NCBI RefSeq assembly: GCF_000142905.1
Contig: NW_013657626.1
Coordinates: 124,001 to 188,000 of the forward strand
Source of the DNA: Thecamonas trahens ATCC 50062
Taxonomy: Eukaryota > Protista > Apusomonadida
DNA length: 64,000 nt
Direction: 5' to 3'
Shown piece by piece: positions 39,951 through 51,116 of this stretch. The number at the start of each line of letters is the position of its first letter. Position 1 is the first letter of the stretch. Under the pieces are notes generated by a model. The model had not been told where the DNA came from. It was given only the letters and a program-made list of their open reading frames with translations, and did no database searches. The translations under genes were made by a program, and so were the position numbers.

Positions 39951-42593
39951 ATGGGCGACCAAGTTCGTATTACGGTGATCGACGGCCCGCCACCTGGCCT
40001 CCAGGAGAGCCAGGGCGAGGCTGGGGTTGCAAGCGGGCGGGCGTTGCTGGTTGACCGCGACGGGAGCTGGTCGTCGGTGGTGGTGGCCGTCCTCGCCCGG
40101 CTGGGCCACCCGACTGCACCGGAGCATGTCGAAGCGACCCGACTGTACACGCCGCAGGGAGGCGAGTGCGATCATCCTGCCCTCATCCGCCTCGACGATG
40201 TGCTGTATGTCGTCGATCCGCTGCTCGACCCGCCTCCGACCTCGGCCATCGTCTCGCCGCCGGCCTCACCCGCTCGGTCATCGCCACCCGATTCGACACC
40301 GACAGCCACGCCGCGCTCGCCCATCCGCCCGCTTCCTCCGTCCGAGAACAAGCCGGATGCGTCGTCGCCAAGGAAGCGCGTCACTCCGCGCTCGCCCAAG
40401 CCACGCTCGCCCAAGCCGCCACCGTCAGGACTCTCGTCGCCGTCACTGTTGTCGACGCCGCAGCGGACGCCGCGGATCCCGCCGAGCGCACAGATTGCCA
40501 ACCGCGGTCACTTTTCGGCGGCAAGTGAGGGTGGCGGGACGAGCAGCCGAAAGCAGCGCCGCCAGAGCCAGCGCCGCAGCATCCGCACCGCAAGCAGGGT
40601 TGGCGAACGGGTTATCTCGCACTGGACCGCACACTTGGTATGTGATCCCTTTTGCGAGGCTGTCCTCACCACGGCGCTTGGCGACCGGCGTGGCTGCTAT
40701 GGCTCGTTTCTCTCTACCGTCGATGTGGCGTCCGTGCCGAACAAGCCGACGCTGCGGATCCGATTCAAGTCGTCGCCCAGCGCCCACGGCTCGGCTGGCC
40801 TCTACATCCGGACGCTGCTCAAGAAGGAGGCACTGCCGGCAGTGGCGTCGTCGTCGTCGGTGACTACCCAGTTCAAGCGGGCCAATCTCTCGGCAGCCTC
40901 GTCGTCGGGCCTCAACGCGACAGCCCATCTCGATGCTGGTCTCGCCTCGCTCGCTCAGGCCCGCTCGCCGTCGTCGCCGCACATGCCACTAGACGCGGCG
41001 TCGCAGCGCAAAGCCGACCACACCGTTCGCGCCCTGGTTCGGCGGGCCAACACTGCGCTTGTCCATCTCTCGGGGACCCACCGGGGCTTTGTTCTCTTCC
41101 GTGGCCGAATTCAGACACCCGAGTGGGAGGTGTGGAACGCACCGATCTACTTTCACGGCAACTTTCTCGCTGTTGAGCACAAGTATCGCGTCCCGCACAC
41201 TCTCGCGCCGACGCCGCCGACTGCTGGAAACTCCCACGAGAATGGCAGCGGAAGCAACCGGATTGTCCGCTCGCGGCGGGCCGTCCGCCCGTCGCGTATG
41301 TCGCTCCTCCGCTCGTCAGTCGCCACCTCGTCGCAGCCGTCGGATGCTCCCGCCAACCCGCTCTCCATCCTCCGCAACGAGCTTCTTGCGGCGTCGCGGT
41401 ACGGAGCGCACGCACGGACCGCCGAGTATGCACCCACCGTGCCCGATCGGCTGCTTGCCAAGCCAGCGCAGGGCCTGGCGCCACCTACCGTGGCCGAGAG
41501 CACGCTGCTGCAAGGCGAACCAGTCGCCGCCAGCAACGAGAACGTGTCGAGCAATGCTGGCGTGCACTACACAACGATGACCAAGCACAAGTCGCTCCGC
41601 GAGTCGGGAGCGAAAGACGTGGTGCTCTCAGCGAGCCAGGCCGAGGACGTGACGTTGATGTACGACCCATCGCCGCACCGGGTGACCCAAATCCGAGTCC
41701 GTGCCGGACGCAAGCTCGTGATCAAGACAGCGACGCTACGGCCGATGACGTACGCGTTCCAAGATCACGAGCACACGGTGGCAACGTCGGTGTACGTGGC
41801 CGAGGACGTGTTGCACTTGTCGGGCGAGCACGCGTTTGGCCCACATGGCACAGACGCTGAAGGCGACGATTCGCCGTGGAGGCTCCTCTGCCACCATGTG
41901 TGGCACGATCCACAGCGCGAGCGCGCTGGGCGGGGTATCCCGATTCCCGGAACAGGCAAGCCGAAGCGGAGGAAAAAGAGGAGGAGGCCGACGCCGACGT
42001 ACGCGCTCGCCAAGGACGCAACGTCGCGGCTGGCGCGCCGGCGTAAGCGCAACAAGAACATGAGCCGCAAGGCGCGGGCTCCAGTGTACGAGACCGGAAC
42101 CGTGCGCCTGTCAGGCGACGGGACCAAGACAATGACGCTCAACCTGACGCTCCCGGGTCCGCACACGTACACCTTTTACTGCTGCTCGGGCTCGCTCGTC
42201 CTCCATGGCGCGCTGGTCCGGCTCTCGGTGGCAGAGCAGAAGCGGCTGGCCATTGAGGATCTCCACGCCAAGGGCATGCACCAGGTGCTCTCGCTCTCGC
42301 GTGCGGTCGGCGAGCACCTTGCGCTGTATGGATACCAGGCTTCACCAGAGCTGCAACCGGAGATTGTCGACGCGCTGACTGATGGCACGTCGGCCAAGCT
42401 CGGCCTCTCCCCACGTCCGCCGGCGGGTGCCGGCGCCAATGCGCACATGCCGTGGCGCCACCATCCGCATCCTGCCGCCACTGGAGATGCTCGCCCCGGC
42501 GCTGCCGGAGCACATGATGGGTTAACCCTTAGCGGTACGGTCGTTCGGACGCGTTGTCGCGCGTCTCAAAGTGAACAACTCGATCATGCTTGA
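39951..42593 (+). CDS. Protein with N-terminal KHA/doublecortin-like ubiquitin-fold domain; 3' end abuts or overlaps a transposon terminus (alternative stop TAA at 42523-42525)
   Basis: RLYTPQGGECDHPALIRLDDVLYVV matches the KHA (KCTD9-type) motif. It is followed by a Pro/Ser-rich linker and unrecognised globular regions. Confidence 0.65.
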   Translation: MGDQVRITVIDGPPPGLQESQGEAGVASGRALLVDRDGSWSSVVVAVLARLGHPTAPEHVEATRLYTPQGGECDHPALIRLDDVLYVVDPLLDPPPTSAIVSPPASPARSSPPDSTPTATPRSPIRPLPPSENKPDASSPRKRVTPRSPKPRSPKPPPSGLSSPSLLSTPQRTPRIPPSAQIANRGHFSAASEGGGTSSRKQRRQSQRRSIRTASRVGERVISHWTAHLVCDPFCEAVLTTALGDRRGCYGSFLSTVDVASVPNKPTLRIRFKSSPSAHGSAGLYIRTLLKKEALPAVASSSSVTTQFKRANLSAASSSGLNATAHLDAGLASLAQARSPSSPHMPLDAASQRKADHTVRALVRRANTALVHLSGTHRGFVLFRGRIQTPEWEVWNAPIYFHGNFLAVEHKYRVPHTLAPTPPTAGNSHENGSGSNRIVRSRRAVRPSRMSLLRSSVATSSQPSDAPANPLSILRNELLAASRYGAHARTAEYAPTVPDRLLAKPAQGLAPPTVAESTLLQGEPVAASNENVSSNAGVHYTTMTKHKSLRESGAKDVVLSASQAEDVTLMYDPSPHRVTQIRVRAGRKLVIKTATLRPMTYAFQDHEHTVATSVYVAEDVLHLSGEHAFGPHGTDAEGDDSPWRLLCHHVWHDPQRERAGRGIPIPGTGKPKRRKKRRRPTPTYALAKDATSRLARRRKRNKNMSRKARAPVYETGTVRLSGDGTKTMTLNLTLPGPHTYTFYCCSGSLVLHGALVRLSVAEQKRLAIEDLHAKGMHQVLSLSRAVGEHLALYGYQASPELQPEIVDALTDGTSAKLGLSPRPPAGAGANAHMPWRHHPHPAATGDARPGAAGAHDGLTLSGTVVRTRCRASQSEQLDHA

Positions 42594-43785
42594 CTTCCAG
42601 GTCACCGGCTGACGCTGCGCGACGCCTGCTTGGCCTGCGGCTTGAGGTGGGAGGCGCGCCCGATGCGTGACGGCGGCCGATATGTAGATGCCCGCCTGAC
42701 GAGTTGCCGTCGCGGTGACGGACGCCTGGGAGCTTGGGCGAGGCGGACGAGGTGCCGTACAGCGCTGATCCGGAGGAGCGGTGGGTGTGGACGGTGCGGA
42801 GCTATTTGTTGACGACCCAACGACCGGGAAGGAGAGCGCGAGAACATTGTGGATCTTCTTGCGACGAATGAGTCAGCCGGTCGGTGTGGCCGAAGCCGAC
42901 ATGAAGAGCGAGGACGTGAGGCGGAGGCGCGTGAGGAGCGTCGGGTGCTCGACGTCCTCGCCGGGGCCAGCAACCGCCTTGCTCGTGCCCCACTCGGGGA
43001 GCTTGGTCGAGAGCTTGGGATCATCCTTGGCGATGAACGAGACGTCGTCGCCGTCGTCTTTTCGCGCGCGGAGTGGTCCTCGGCCTGCGCCACCTTGTTG
43101 ACGTTCTCGGCGGCATGAGCGCGGCGCGCGCCGCCTCGGCCTCGACCTTGGCCTCGGCAAGTTTCTCTCGCGCCCTCTTCTCGGCGATCGCGGCCGCCTT
43201 CTTCCGCCGTGCCTGAGCCTCAACTCGCCTTACCGTGGCGCCCCGTCCGAGCCTTGCGCTTCGCCTTCCGAGCCTTGGTCGAGGCCCGGGCGGCCTCGTC
43301 GAGCGCCTGCTTTGCCGCCGTCACCGCGTCGTCGGCCTTCTTGACCCGCCGCCGCACAGCTTCCAGCACCCGCTCCGCCGCCTTGACTGCGTCGCCGAGC
43401 GTGTTCTTCTCCGCACGCGCTTCGCTCGTCTTGCGCGCGGCGTCGAAGGTCTCGTGGAACGAGCGCGCGTCGGCGCCGACGACGGCCTTCCACTCGCCCG
43501 CGATGAGCGCGACGTGCGACGACGCAGCGCCGTCTACGACCACCTACGCATGTCGATATACAGAGACGTCGCCCTGCGGCATGTTCGAGTGTAGGTTTGT
43601 GTGTTTATGTGTGTGTGTGTGTGGACGGGGTGGAGTGTGCGTGAGTGCGCGAGTCGGAGACCAGCGACTCAACCTTGACCTCGCACTCCTGTAGCTCCGG
43701 GTTCTCCTGCTTGATCTCCAACTACGGCGTGTACCGCTACATCTTCATAACAACAATGCACTCGAAATTGAGTTGCCGAAAGGGG
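42526..43785 (-). mobile_element. Decayed piggyBac-like element, copy 2, containing a frameshifted coiled-coil ORF remnant
   Basis: TTAA (42522-42525) immediately precedes CCCTTAGCGG, and 42526-42892 is homologous to 6789-7200. A broken - strand reading frame runs from ATG 43582 with stops and frameshifts. The distal end is only weakly suggested by CCGAAAGGG at 43776-43784. Confidence 0.62.
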
Positions 43786-43792
43786 AGCCAGC

Positions 43793-45197
43793 TCAGTCAG
43801 AGGAAACGACGCCGAGCTGGGCGAGGAACTGGAAGACGATGGCAGCGAGGGTAAAGACAATGACCGAGCCAAGGAGAATGTTGGTGAGAGTGGCAGAGCG
43901 CTTGAAGGGGCGGAGGAAGCGCGGGAGGGCATTGACCGGCGTGACAAAATAGTCGTACGGGTTGGCCATGAGCAGGCCCTTCTCGGCATTGAGCGAGCCT
44001 GGGGTCATGAGCAGCGCCTTTGCGGCGGCGATGGACGGCTCCGAGCCGATGGAGGAAATGGATTCGATAGACTCTGCGCGTGTGCGAATAGAATCTGTCC
44101 CACCACCGGCTTGCTTGTGCTCTGCGTAGCGGAGGCGAGCGGTGCGGTAGAGGAGCATGGGCAGGCCAAAGTTGATGAACGAGTTGACGATGAGCGAAGA
44201 CCAGGCGACAAAGAGCTCAAATCCGTTGCCCGAGTAGAGCGGCCAGGAGATGAGCCAAGGGAGGATGACGCCGAGGAAGGAGGCCATCTTTGCGCCGCAG
44301 ACCTTGGAGACGTACAAGTTGTATCGGATGACGATGGAGAAGAGCGGGATGCCGAGGCCGATGACGGCGAGCGAGAAGATGTAGGCGGTGAGCTCGGTGA
44401 CGAGCGAGCCGGACGAGGCAAAGGTGGTGAGGACGTTGCCGGCAACGTCCGGGTACGCCAAAGCGCCAACGTAGCCCATAACAAAGTAGCCGACGGTGGT
44501 GAAGATGCCCGAGTTCCAGATGGTCTTGTTGATCGAGACCGAGTCCAGCTTCTCATTGACCCACGAGGGCACGGTTACGACAAAGGTGTAGTTAAAGAGA
44601 ATGGTGCCGATGACCGAGGACATGTTTGAGCCGACAACCGGCACGCGTGAGGTGTCGAGGTCTCGGAGCAGGTAGGTGACAAAGAAGATGATCATGCCGG
44701 CGACAAGAATGAGGAACGAAAAGTACTGAAAGTAGATACCCTCGGAGAGATTGAGGAAGCCAACCGGGAGGCAGATGATGGTGACGACGGCGTAGCCGAG
44801 GGTCACCACTACACCGACGCCCGAGAACGGGGTGGCCAGATCTGTGGACTCGACCCACGAGCCCGACTGGACGGCGAGGGCGTACGACTTGCCAAAGACG
44901 CGGATGAAGAACTGGTCCATGACCTGAGCAGTCACAATGATCGAGGCCACATTGAGCGTCTGCAACGACATGGCGTACACAGCCTGGGTCACCAGGTACG
45001 CCCGATGGCCGTAAAAGTGGGCCACAATGCTCGAGTACTCATACCGCTTGCCGAACCGTTCGTTGCCCGGAATAAGCGCCATGGCCTCACACAGCAGCGT
45101 AGCTGAAAGCGACGCCAGCACAAACATGATGAGGAGGAAGATGGCCGGCACCAGCCAGCCGGCCTGCTGGAACACAATGGGGACGGCGAGCATACCA
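43793..45197 (-). CDS. Amino-acid transporter (AAAP/Aa_trans family), 5'-partial (upstream exon in gap)
   Basis: GMLAVPIVFQQAGW, LLCEAMALIPGN..F..RYEY and ILFNYTFVVTVPSWVNEK; ~11 TM helices; CAG acceptor at 45198. Confidence 0.88.
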
Positions 45198-45545
45198 CTG
45201 GGCGTGTGTGTTGGGAGGGGGGAGGGGGGAGGGGAGGTGAGTGGGAGGGGGGGGGGGGAGGAAGGGAGTGGGGGTAANNNNNNNNNNNNNNNNNNNNNNN
45301 NNNNNNNNNNNNNNNNNNNNNNNNNNNNNNNNNNNNNNNNNNNNNNNNNNNNNNNNNNNNNNNNNNNNNNNNNNNNNAGAAAAAAGGGGGGGGGGGGGGC
45401 GCCCCCCCCCCAAAAAAAAAAATTACCATGGCCGTTCTGCATCCTAGCCGCGGATGGCTTTCCTCGTTCCTTCTCCCGGCACCGCACTCACGCCTCTCCC
45501 CCCGCTAACCCGTCGCGATGCAACAAATGGCTGATGATGATCTAG

Positions 45546-45887
45546 GTCTGCACCACGACTCCGTGCATGCTGCAGGATGGCTACGGCGTGCTCGAGGCGT
45601 GCAAGAAGAACCTCGGGGTCGAGCCCGGCCACATGACCGACGACGAGCTGTTCACCCTGACCGAGGTCGAGTGCCTCGGGGCCTGCTCCAACGCGCCCAT
45701 GATGCAGATCAACGACGAGTACTACGAGAACCTCAACGAGGAGTCGACCAACGCCATCCTCAACGCTCTGCGCGAGGGCAAGACGCCCAAGGACGGCCCG
45801 CAGAACGGACAGCGTGCCGGCGAAGGCCCGCTCGGCAAGACGACCCTCAAGTCGCCGCCGTCCGGCCCACGCTGTGACACCTTTTAG
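45546..45887 (+). CDS. NDUFV2: NADH:ubiquinone oxidoreductase 24-kDa subunit, last exon (5' part in gap)
   Basis: VCTTTPCML...FTLTEVECLGACSNAPMMQINDEYYENL carries the 2Fe-2S cysteines. There is a GCTAAC branch point at ~45503 and a TAG acceptor at 45545. Confidence 0.96.
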   Translation, partial: VCTTTPCMLQDGYGVLEACKKNLGVEPGHMTDDELFTLTEVECLGACSNAPMMQINDEYYENLNEESTNAILNALREGKTPKDGPQNGQRAGEGPLGKTTLKSPPSGPRCDTF

Positions 45888-45945
45888 GCGCGGCATGATA
45901 AAGCCACATCCCTCGGCAGCACTGCGCCTTTCAATTTACATCGAC

Positions 45946-47796
45946 TCAGAACAGGAACGACTCGGTGTGAACGTGGTGACCAAACTCGCTGCACGCCGCG
46001 ACTGTGGCGTCAACCAGCGCCATCGGTCCACACACAAAGACACCAGCCCGCTCCGGGAGCTCGGCTAGAAGACTACCAATGTCCGGCCGACCGCCGCGGA
46101 CATCCAGCGAGTCGCACAGACTGGTCGACACAGAGACAGCGGAGCTGTAGCCGTCTTCAGACGATGATGACGATGACGAAGTCGCGCGCCGCCGTGCCTC
46201 CTGCTCCTCGCTGGCGCTGGACGACGGTGACGAGCCGGCCGAGCTTGAAGAGTCAGGATGGATTCGCCGGGAGCGAAGCCGCGACGGTGAGTCGTCGCTC
46301 TTGGTGTGCACGCTCGTGTCGTACAGCTCGAGCTCGACTGAGTCGTCATCTGCGGCGGCAGCGAGGAGGTGCGGGAACCAGGTGGCAAACGGGTCGGCGC
46401 CTCGGGAGGACCAGACGAAAACAATCTTATCCGGCCGCCCGTACGGCCCATCGGGCGCAAGCAGGGCTTCCAGCAGTGCGGCATTGGGCGTCACGCCAAT
46501 GCCGCCCGAGACCAGGACTATGGTCTCGTATCGGGCGGGATTGATGGCAAAAGCGCCGTACCGACCCTCGAACCGCATGTGCAGCGGGGCGTCGCCGCGC
46601 GCTGCGAGCGTCCGTCGCTGCGAGCCCGACAGGTGCGCCGCTTGCGAGTTGAAACTGCTCTCGCTCGACGAGTCACTCGCAGCACCAGTGGCTTCCCAGG
46701 CAGCCACGGCGTTGTACAACTGCGAGGTCCACTCGCGCGGCTTGGGGCCGAGGGCAGCGGCCTTGATCAGAAACCGCATCGTGCCGGCCGGTCGGAGGTC
46801 TGTCCCGCCCCGCGGCGCGTAGTTGGAGACGGTGAATGGATGCAGCTCCCAGCCAAGCAGTGGATCGCCGATGAACACGTACTGGCCGGGCTCGGCATGG
46901 AAGCCATCGCGGGCGAGCACAAGCTCGGTCACATCGCCGGGCAGGGTGCGGCACGAGACGAGCGTAGTCCTGTTGCGGAGGACCAGAGCGACCCGGAGGA
47001 GTGCAACGCAGCCCCAGACAAAGACTGGAGCACACGCCAGGATGGTGATGAGCGGGGCGTGGAAGAAGGTGGCAACCAGGGCGGCGATAAAGACGTAGTG
47101 CGAGCGGAAGAAAAAGTCAAAGTGGGCCCTGCGGATGGGCTCGATCGCGGTCGCCGCCACAAACAGAAAGAGGAGCATGGCAATGAGGCCAGCACTATTG
47201 TGCGAGGGGAAGGCGAGGCCTTCAAACTCGGAGAGAACGAGGACGCCTACGCCGTGGACGAGCATGAGGCCAACAAAGAGGCGGGCAAAGATGCGATGGA
47301 TGACGATGCGGCGCTCAAACGGGATGCCTGTGAGAATGGTGTACCACCTCGAGCGAAGGATGGGGAGAAAGAGAATGGAAATAGATCCGGCAGCAAACGG
47401 ACCCATGCCGAGGACAACCCGCCACTGCAGCTGGCCAACACTCGGCTTGATCTCCGAGTGGCGGTTCACAGCTTCTGCCTCGGCTGCGGATGGCCCACCG
47501 CTCTGCGCGCCGGCCATCAGCAGGGCGTATCCCAGGCCAATCGCGATAAAGTGAGCGACAATCAAGGCGATCTGGACCAGACTCAGCTCGCCCATGGCTG
47601 GCAGCATGTCTGCCGTCAGCAGGCGCAACCACGCCGGTGTCTTCCTTCGCCATGCGGCTGAGAACGGTGCCAACAGCCGCTTCTGCGACAGAGCCAGCCA
47701 TGCCCCGCTATGATGGACAAACCTCCGTCCGGCCAGCACGCACCCGACCACTCCGCCATACACTGCCAACACCACAATCCAGTCCCACTCGCTCAT
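45946..47796 (-). CDS. Ferric reductase / NOX-superfamily transmembrane flavocytochrome
   Basis: Heme His pairs (IHR...LVH; SHY...FFH), PGQYVFI, ELHPFTVS, EGRYG, SGGIGVTP, FVCGP and a terminal HTESFLF. Confidence 0.92.
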   Translation of the reverse strand: MSEWDWIVVLAVYGGVVGCVLAGRRFVHHSGAWLALSQKRLLAPFSAAWRRKTPAWLRLLTADMLPAMGELSLVQIALIVAHFIAIGLGYALLMAGAQSGGPSAAEAEAVNRHSEIKPSVGQLQWRVVLGMGPFAAGSISILFLPILRSRWYTILTGIPFERRIVIHRIFARLFVGLMLVHGVGVLVLSEFEGLAFPSHNSAGLIAMLLFLFVAATAIEPIRRAHFDFFFRSHYVFIAALVATFFHAPLITILACAPVFVWGCVALLRVALVLRNRTTLVSCRTLPGDVTELVLARDGFHAEPGQYVFIGDPLLGWELHPFTVSNYAPRGGTDLRPAGTMRFLIKAAALGPKPREWTSQLYNAVAAWEATGAASDSSSESSFNSQAAHLSGSQRRTLAARGDAPLHMRFEGRYGAFAINPARYETIVLVSGGIGVTPNAALLEALLAPDGPYGRPDKIVFVWSSRGADPFATWFPHLLAAAADDDSVELELYDTSVHTKSDDSPSRLRSRRIHPDSSSSAGSSPSSSASEEQEARRRATSSSSSSSEDGYSSAVSVSTSLCDSLDVRGGRPDIGSLLAELPERAGVFVCGPMALVDATVAACSEFGHHVHTESFLF

Positions 47797-48015
47797 GACG
47801 ATGAGTGCTGCGAGTGCAGTCTGACCGGTTGCCTTTTGACCAGCGACGGGAGGGGGCCGGGGGGGGGGGGGGGGGGGGGGGGTGAGGGGGGGGGGAGGTC
47901 TTTGAGCGGATAAACCATCTCCCGAGTCTAGCAACCGAATCTCACATCTCCTTCACCAACCGATTCCTCCTGCTGTTGCCTCCTGTATCACCCGTGCCGC
48001 CCGCCCGCCCGTGTC

Positions 48016-48110
48016 GCCACCACCACCCACCACCACCACCGCCACCGCCACCACCACCGCCACCACCACCACCACCACCACCACCACCACCACCACCACC
48101 ACCACCCCCA
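48016..48110 (+). repeat. (CCA)n microsatellite in the ferric reductase/SNAPC3 divergent intergenic region
   Basis: Directly visible CCA/CCG triplet run. Confidence 0.93.
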
Positions 48111-48162
48111 CCCGACACCAAGCACACTCCACTCCCACACCAACCCGTTCACCACTACACCC

Positions 48163-49623
48163 ATGACCTCGTCTGCGGCTGCCAGTCGACGGGAGACCGA
48201 GCTGGTGTCGGTGGGTGAGTTCCGCGACTCGCTCATGGTAGTCCTCCACCCCTCTGACGGCGAGCTGAACACTCTCCCACCCAACGACCTTGACCTGGAG
48301 ACAGACGATCTGATTGTGCCGTCACTTGATGATACCGTTGCTGATGTTGTCCGTGCAAAGCTGGCGGACTATGGCCTCTCGTTAGAGTACATCAAGCCGA
48401 CGAGTTCTTCGAGTTCAGCACCGCCTCCCCCGCCATCATCTTCGTCTGCTGCCACAACTCCCACTGTGGGGAGCGGAAGCGGGAGCGGAAGGCCCAGCGA
48501 GGGTGAGAGCCGGAAGCGGGCGGCCGAGAGTGCACCGAGCGATGATCCGGTCCATGAGCATGCGGCGCGCAAGCCAAAGATGCTCAAGTCCGGCCGGCGG
48601 CTGCAGAGCGCGCGGTCGTACTCCAAGGCTGGCATGTCGGCGCTGGATCGGTCTTCGCTGCTGGGAGGCTTGCTCCGCGGAGCGCGATACACGTCGACCA
48701 AGGTCCGGTCGCCGGCGTCGCAGCCGGCGACAGGGCTGCCGCCATCGTGGCTTGCGTCGCAGATCCTCAACGACTCGGGCGTGCCAACCATGGACGAGCT
48801 GCGGGAGAAGCCTGGCCTTGCCGGCCTAGCTGCGGTGGAGACCATCACCGCTCCGCGAGTTCCGCCCAACGACGTCACTGAGCAGATGCGCCGCGAATGG
48901 GAGGAGCGGGGAGCGCTCGAGTTCCCGCATTTGGTGGAGAAGGAGCTTGACTTTGGCGAGGTCCTCCTCCTTGTCCAGGTCAACCACCAGGAGCGCAACG
49001 CGATGAGCCAGATGTTCTGGGTCCCGGCCTCTTTCACGCTTGACGTTCTCCTCCGACGGATGAGCTGCATCTCCAACGAGATCCTCGACGGCAAGCAGAC
49101 GCTCTCGGCCTTTCTCTTTATCGAGTCTGTCTTTTACGAGATGGACCGCGTTCCACCGCCGCTGCAGGCCTCGGCGCTGCCGCTCACCTCGTACGCCGAA
49201 GGCATCATCGAGTGGATGCGTGAGGAGAAGCGTTTTGTGTCGGATGTCTTTGGCGTCGCCCGCCGCGCCTCGGCCTCGACCACCACCTTTGCCGACCTCC
49301 GCATCCGCCTCGGCAAGTCGTACCTTTGGCAGCACCAGGGCAGCTGCTGCCACGAGATCCGGTTTGTCGACATGCGCCGGGTCGTCGCCGATGACCCGCG
49401 CTCCTCGCTCTGCTACCCATATCTCGTCTTTACTGGCCGCTCGCGCCGCCCGCGCTGCCACATCTGTAAGCGCGAGCTCGCCGACTTTGTTGTCTACGGC
49501 GATAAGCTGGCCCCGGTCTCCCCGTGCCACATGTGCTCCGAGTGCTACCAGCTCCTGCACTACGGCCCCGACGGCCACATGCTTTACTCGGACTTTCAGG
49601 TCTTTCCGGTCTGGCAGGACTGA
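48163..49623 (+). CDS. SNAPC3: snRNA-activating protein complex subunit 3 (SNAP50)
   Basis: FLFIESVFY, TFADLRIRLGKSYLWQHQGSCCHEIRFVDMR and CHIC...PCHMCSECYQLLHY form the zf-SNAP50_C pattern. Confidence 0.92.
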   Translation: MTSSAAASRRETELVSVGEFRDSLMVVLHPSDGELNTLPPNDLDLETDDLIVPSLDDTVADVVRAKLADYGLSLEYIKPTSSSSSAPPPPPSSSSAATTPTVGSGSGSGRPSEGESRKRAAESAPSDDPVHEHAARKPKMLKSGRRLQSARSYSKAGMSALDRSSLLGGLLRGARYTSTKVRSPASQPATGLPPSWLASQILNDSGVPTMDELREKPGLAGLAAVETITAPRVPPNDVTEQMRREWEERGALEFPHLVEKELDFGEVLLLVQVNHQERNAMSQMFWVPASFTLDVLLRRMSCISNEILDGKQTLSAFLFIESVFYEMDRVPPPLQASALPLTSYAEGIIEWMREEKRFVSDVFGVARRASASTTTFADLRIRLGKSYLWQHQGSCCHEIRFVDMRRVVADDPRSSLCYPYLVFTGRSRRPRCHICKRELADFVVYGDKLAPVSPCHMCSECYQLLHYGPDGHMLYSDFQVFPVWQD

Positions 49624-49638
49624 GTCTCTACCTGCTCA

Positions 49639-51116
49639 TCATACTGCGTACGGTGGCGGTGGCGACGGCGGCGCCGTTGCCGCTACGAGAGGGTTAGCCG
49701 CGTACGCATTGCCACCCCCAACGCACTGATTGCCACTCCTAGCGTACGGGTTGAGCACAGCCGGCTGCTTGGGCGGCGGCGGGATGGCACCGCCGCCTCC
49801 CCCGTACGGCATGCCTGGCGGCGGGGCGCCGTACACAGCCTGCGGAGGCTGAGACATGGCCATGGTCTCGAGCTTCTTGGCCGATGCCGGCGAAGCGGTG
49901 GCACCCATCGGCACCGCGGCAGGTTCAGCTTCAGCCTTGGCACCGGCGGCTTTCTGTTCACGCCGCGTGTACGCCTTGTGTGCCACCAGCGCAAGCACAA
50001 CGTAGCACACGTTGGCGAGAACGATGCCGACTGTTGCGTAGATGTACACTCGCGACGGCTGCTCTCCCGGCACGTAGTCACCGGCAATGTCCAACGACGA
50101 TGCCCCAGTCTTAGTGTCCAGTGTCGCGCTGGCGAGGTACAGGTACGGATCGGCGTCTGAGCGGACAGTAATGTTGATGCGCGCCATGTCGATCGGCGAT
50201 GAGAGCGGCGTCGGCCTGTATGCCTCGATCCCGGTGTCCGCCGCATAGTTGAGCTGCCGCTTCGGCAGGCATCCAGACTTGGAAACGGACCACACTGGAC
50301 TCGACGGGTTGCTCGTCTGGACAAGCTTGATACAGAATCCCGAGAGGACACCCGTCACTGTGCATGTGTTCCCGGACCAGCTTCCGCCGTCCTCCGCACA
50401 AACCTTGGAGCACGCGTCGTACTCGGGGCTGTTGTTGGCGACAAAGTCCGGCCAGTTGCATCGCCGCGAGAGCGAGTAGCGCGTCGACGTGACTCTCTCA
50501 TACTTTGCAATGGTGAAATCAAACGAGACGCTCTGGACGTCGCCGTCTGGCAGCTCAATCGTGAGTCGTGCCGTCTTCTTCCACGTTGTCGGCGACTGCG
50601 AGCCCGAGGCCGTGTACCGACTCGTGCTCGTGCCCGACGAGAAGTACATGATCTTCGGATAGCTCCGCGCGTGTCTAAAATCAGCGTCACCAGTGGCCAC
50701 CGTTGCGTTGAACAGTGTCCCATGCGGGCCCGAGCTCGGCCCTCCGTTGTTGGCGTAGACCTTGATGGCGTTGAACTCGGCGTGCTTGCTCGCCACCCAC
50801 TCGTCAACCATCTGATTGTACTCGGCAGCTTCGGGCGGGTACACGGTCTTTGCTGAGCGGCTCTTTGCCGTTGTTATGTTCACAATGCAGAAGGCGATGA
50901 GCATGGCCGAGGCCATGCAGAGGGCAGCGCCCGTCGCGATGGCGCACTTTGCGGACGTGCACTCGCCGCCGCCGCCGCCATAGTAGCCACCTCGATGACC
51001 GTGGACGCCCCGTCCGCCACGCCTTCCACGCCCCGCCCACCCCGTCCACGACCACCGCGTCCACGCCCCCCAGCCCCGTTGCCCATGCCTGTCCCCTTGC
51101 CGTTGCCCTTGCCCAT
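49639..51116 (-). CDS. Two-TM membrane protein with Cys-containing extracellular loop, RGG-rich N-terminus and Pro-rich tail; frameshift ~51030
   Basis: TM1 CAIATGAALCMASAMLIAFCIV and TM2 IYATVGIVLANVCYVVLALVA. The N-terminal MGKGNG...GGRGRGG lies in the adjacent frame. Confidence 0.6.

Noticed and set aside
45946-47796. NADPH oxidase (NOX) call
   Set aside because: It lacks the NOX-typical second-heme TG motif context, VDGP and EF hands; a ferric-reductase-type assignment is safer.
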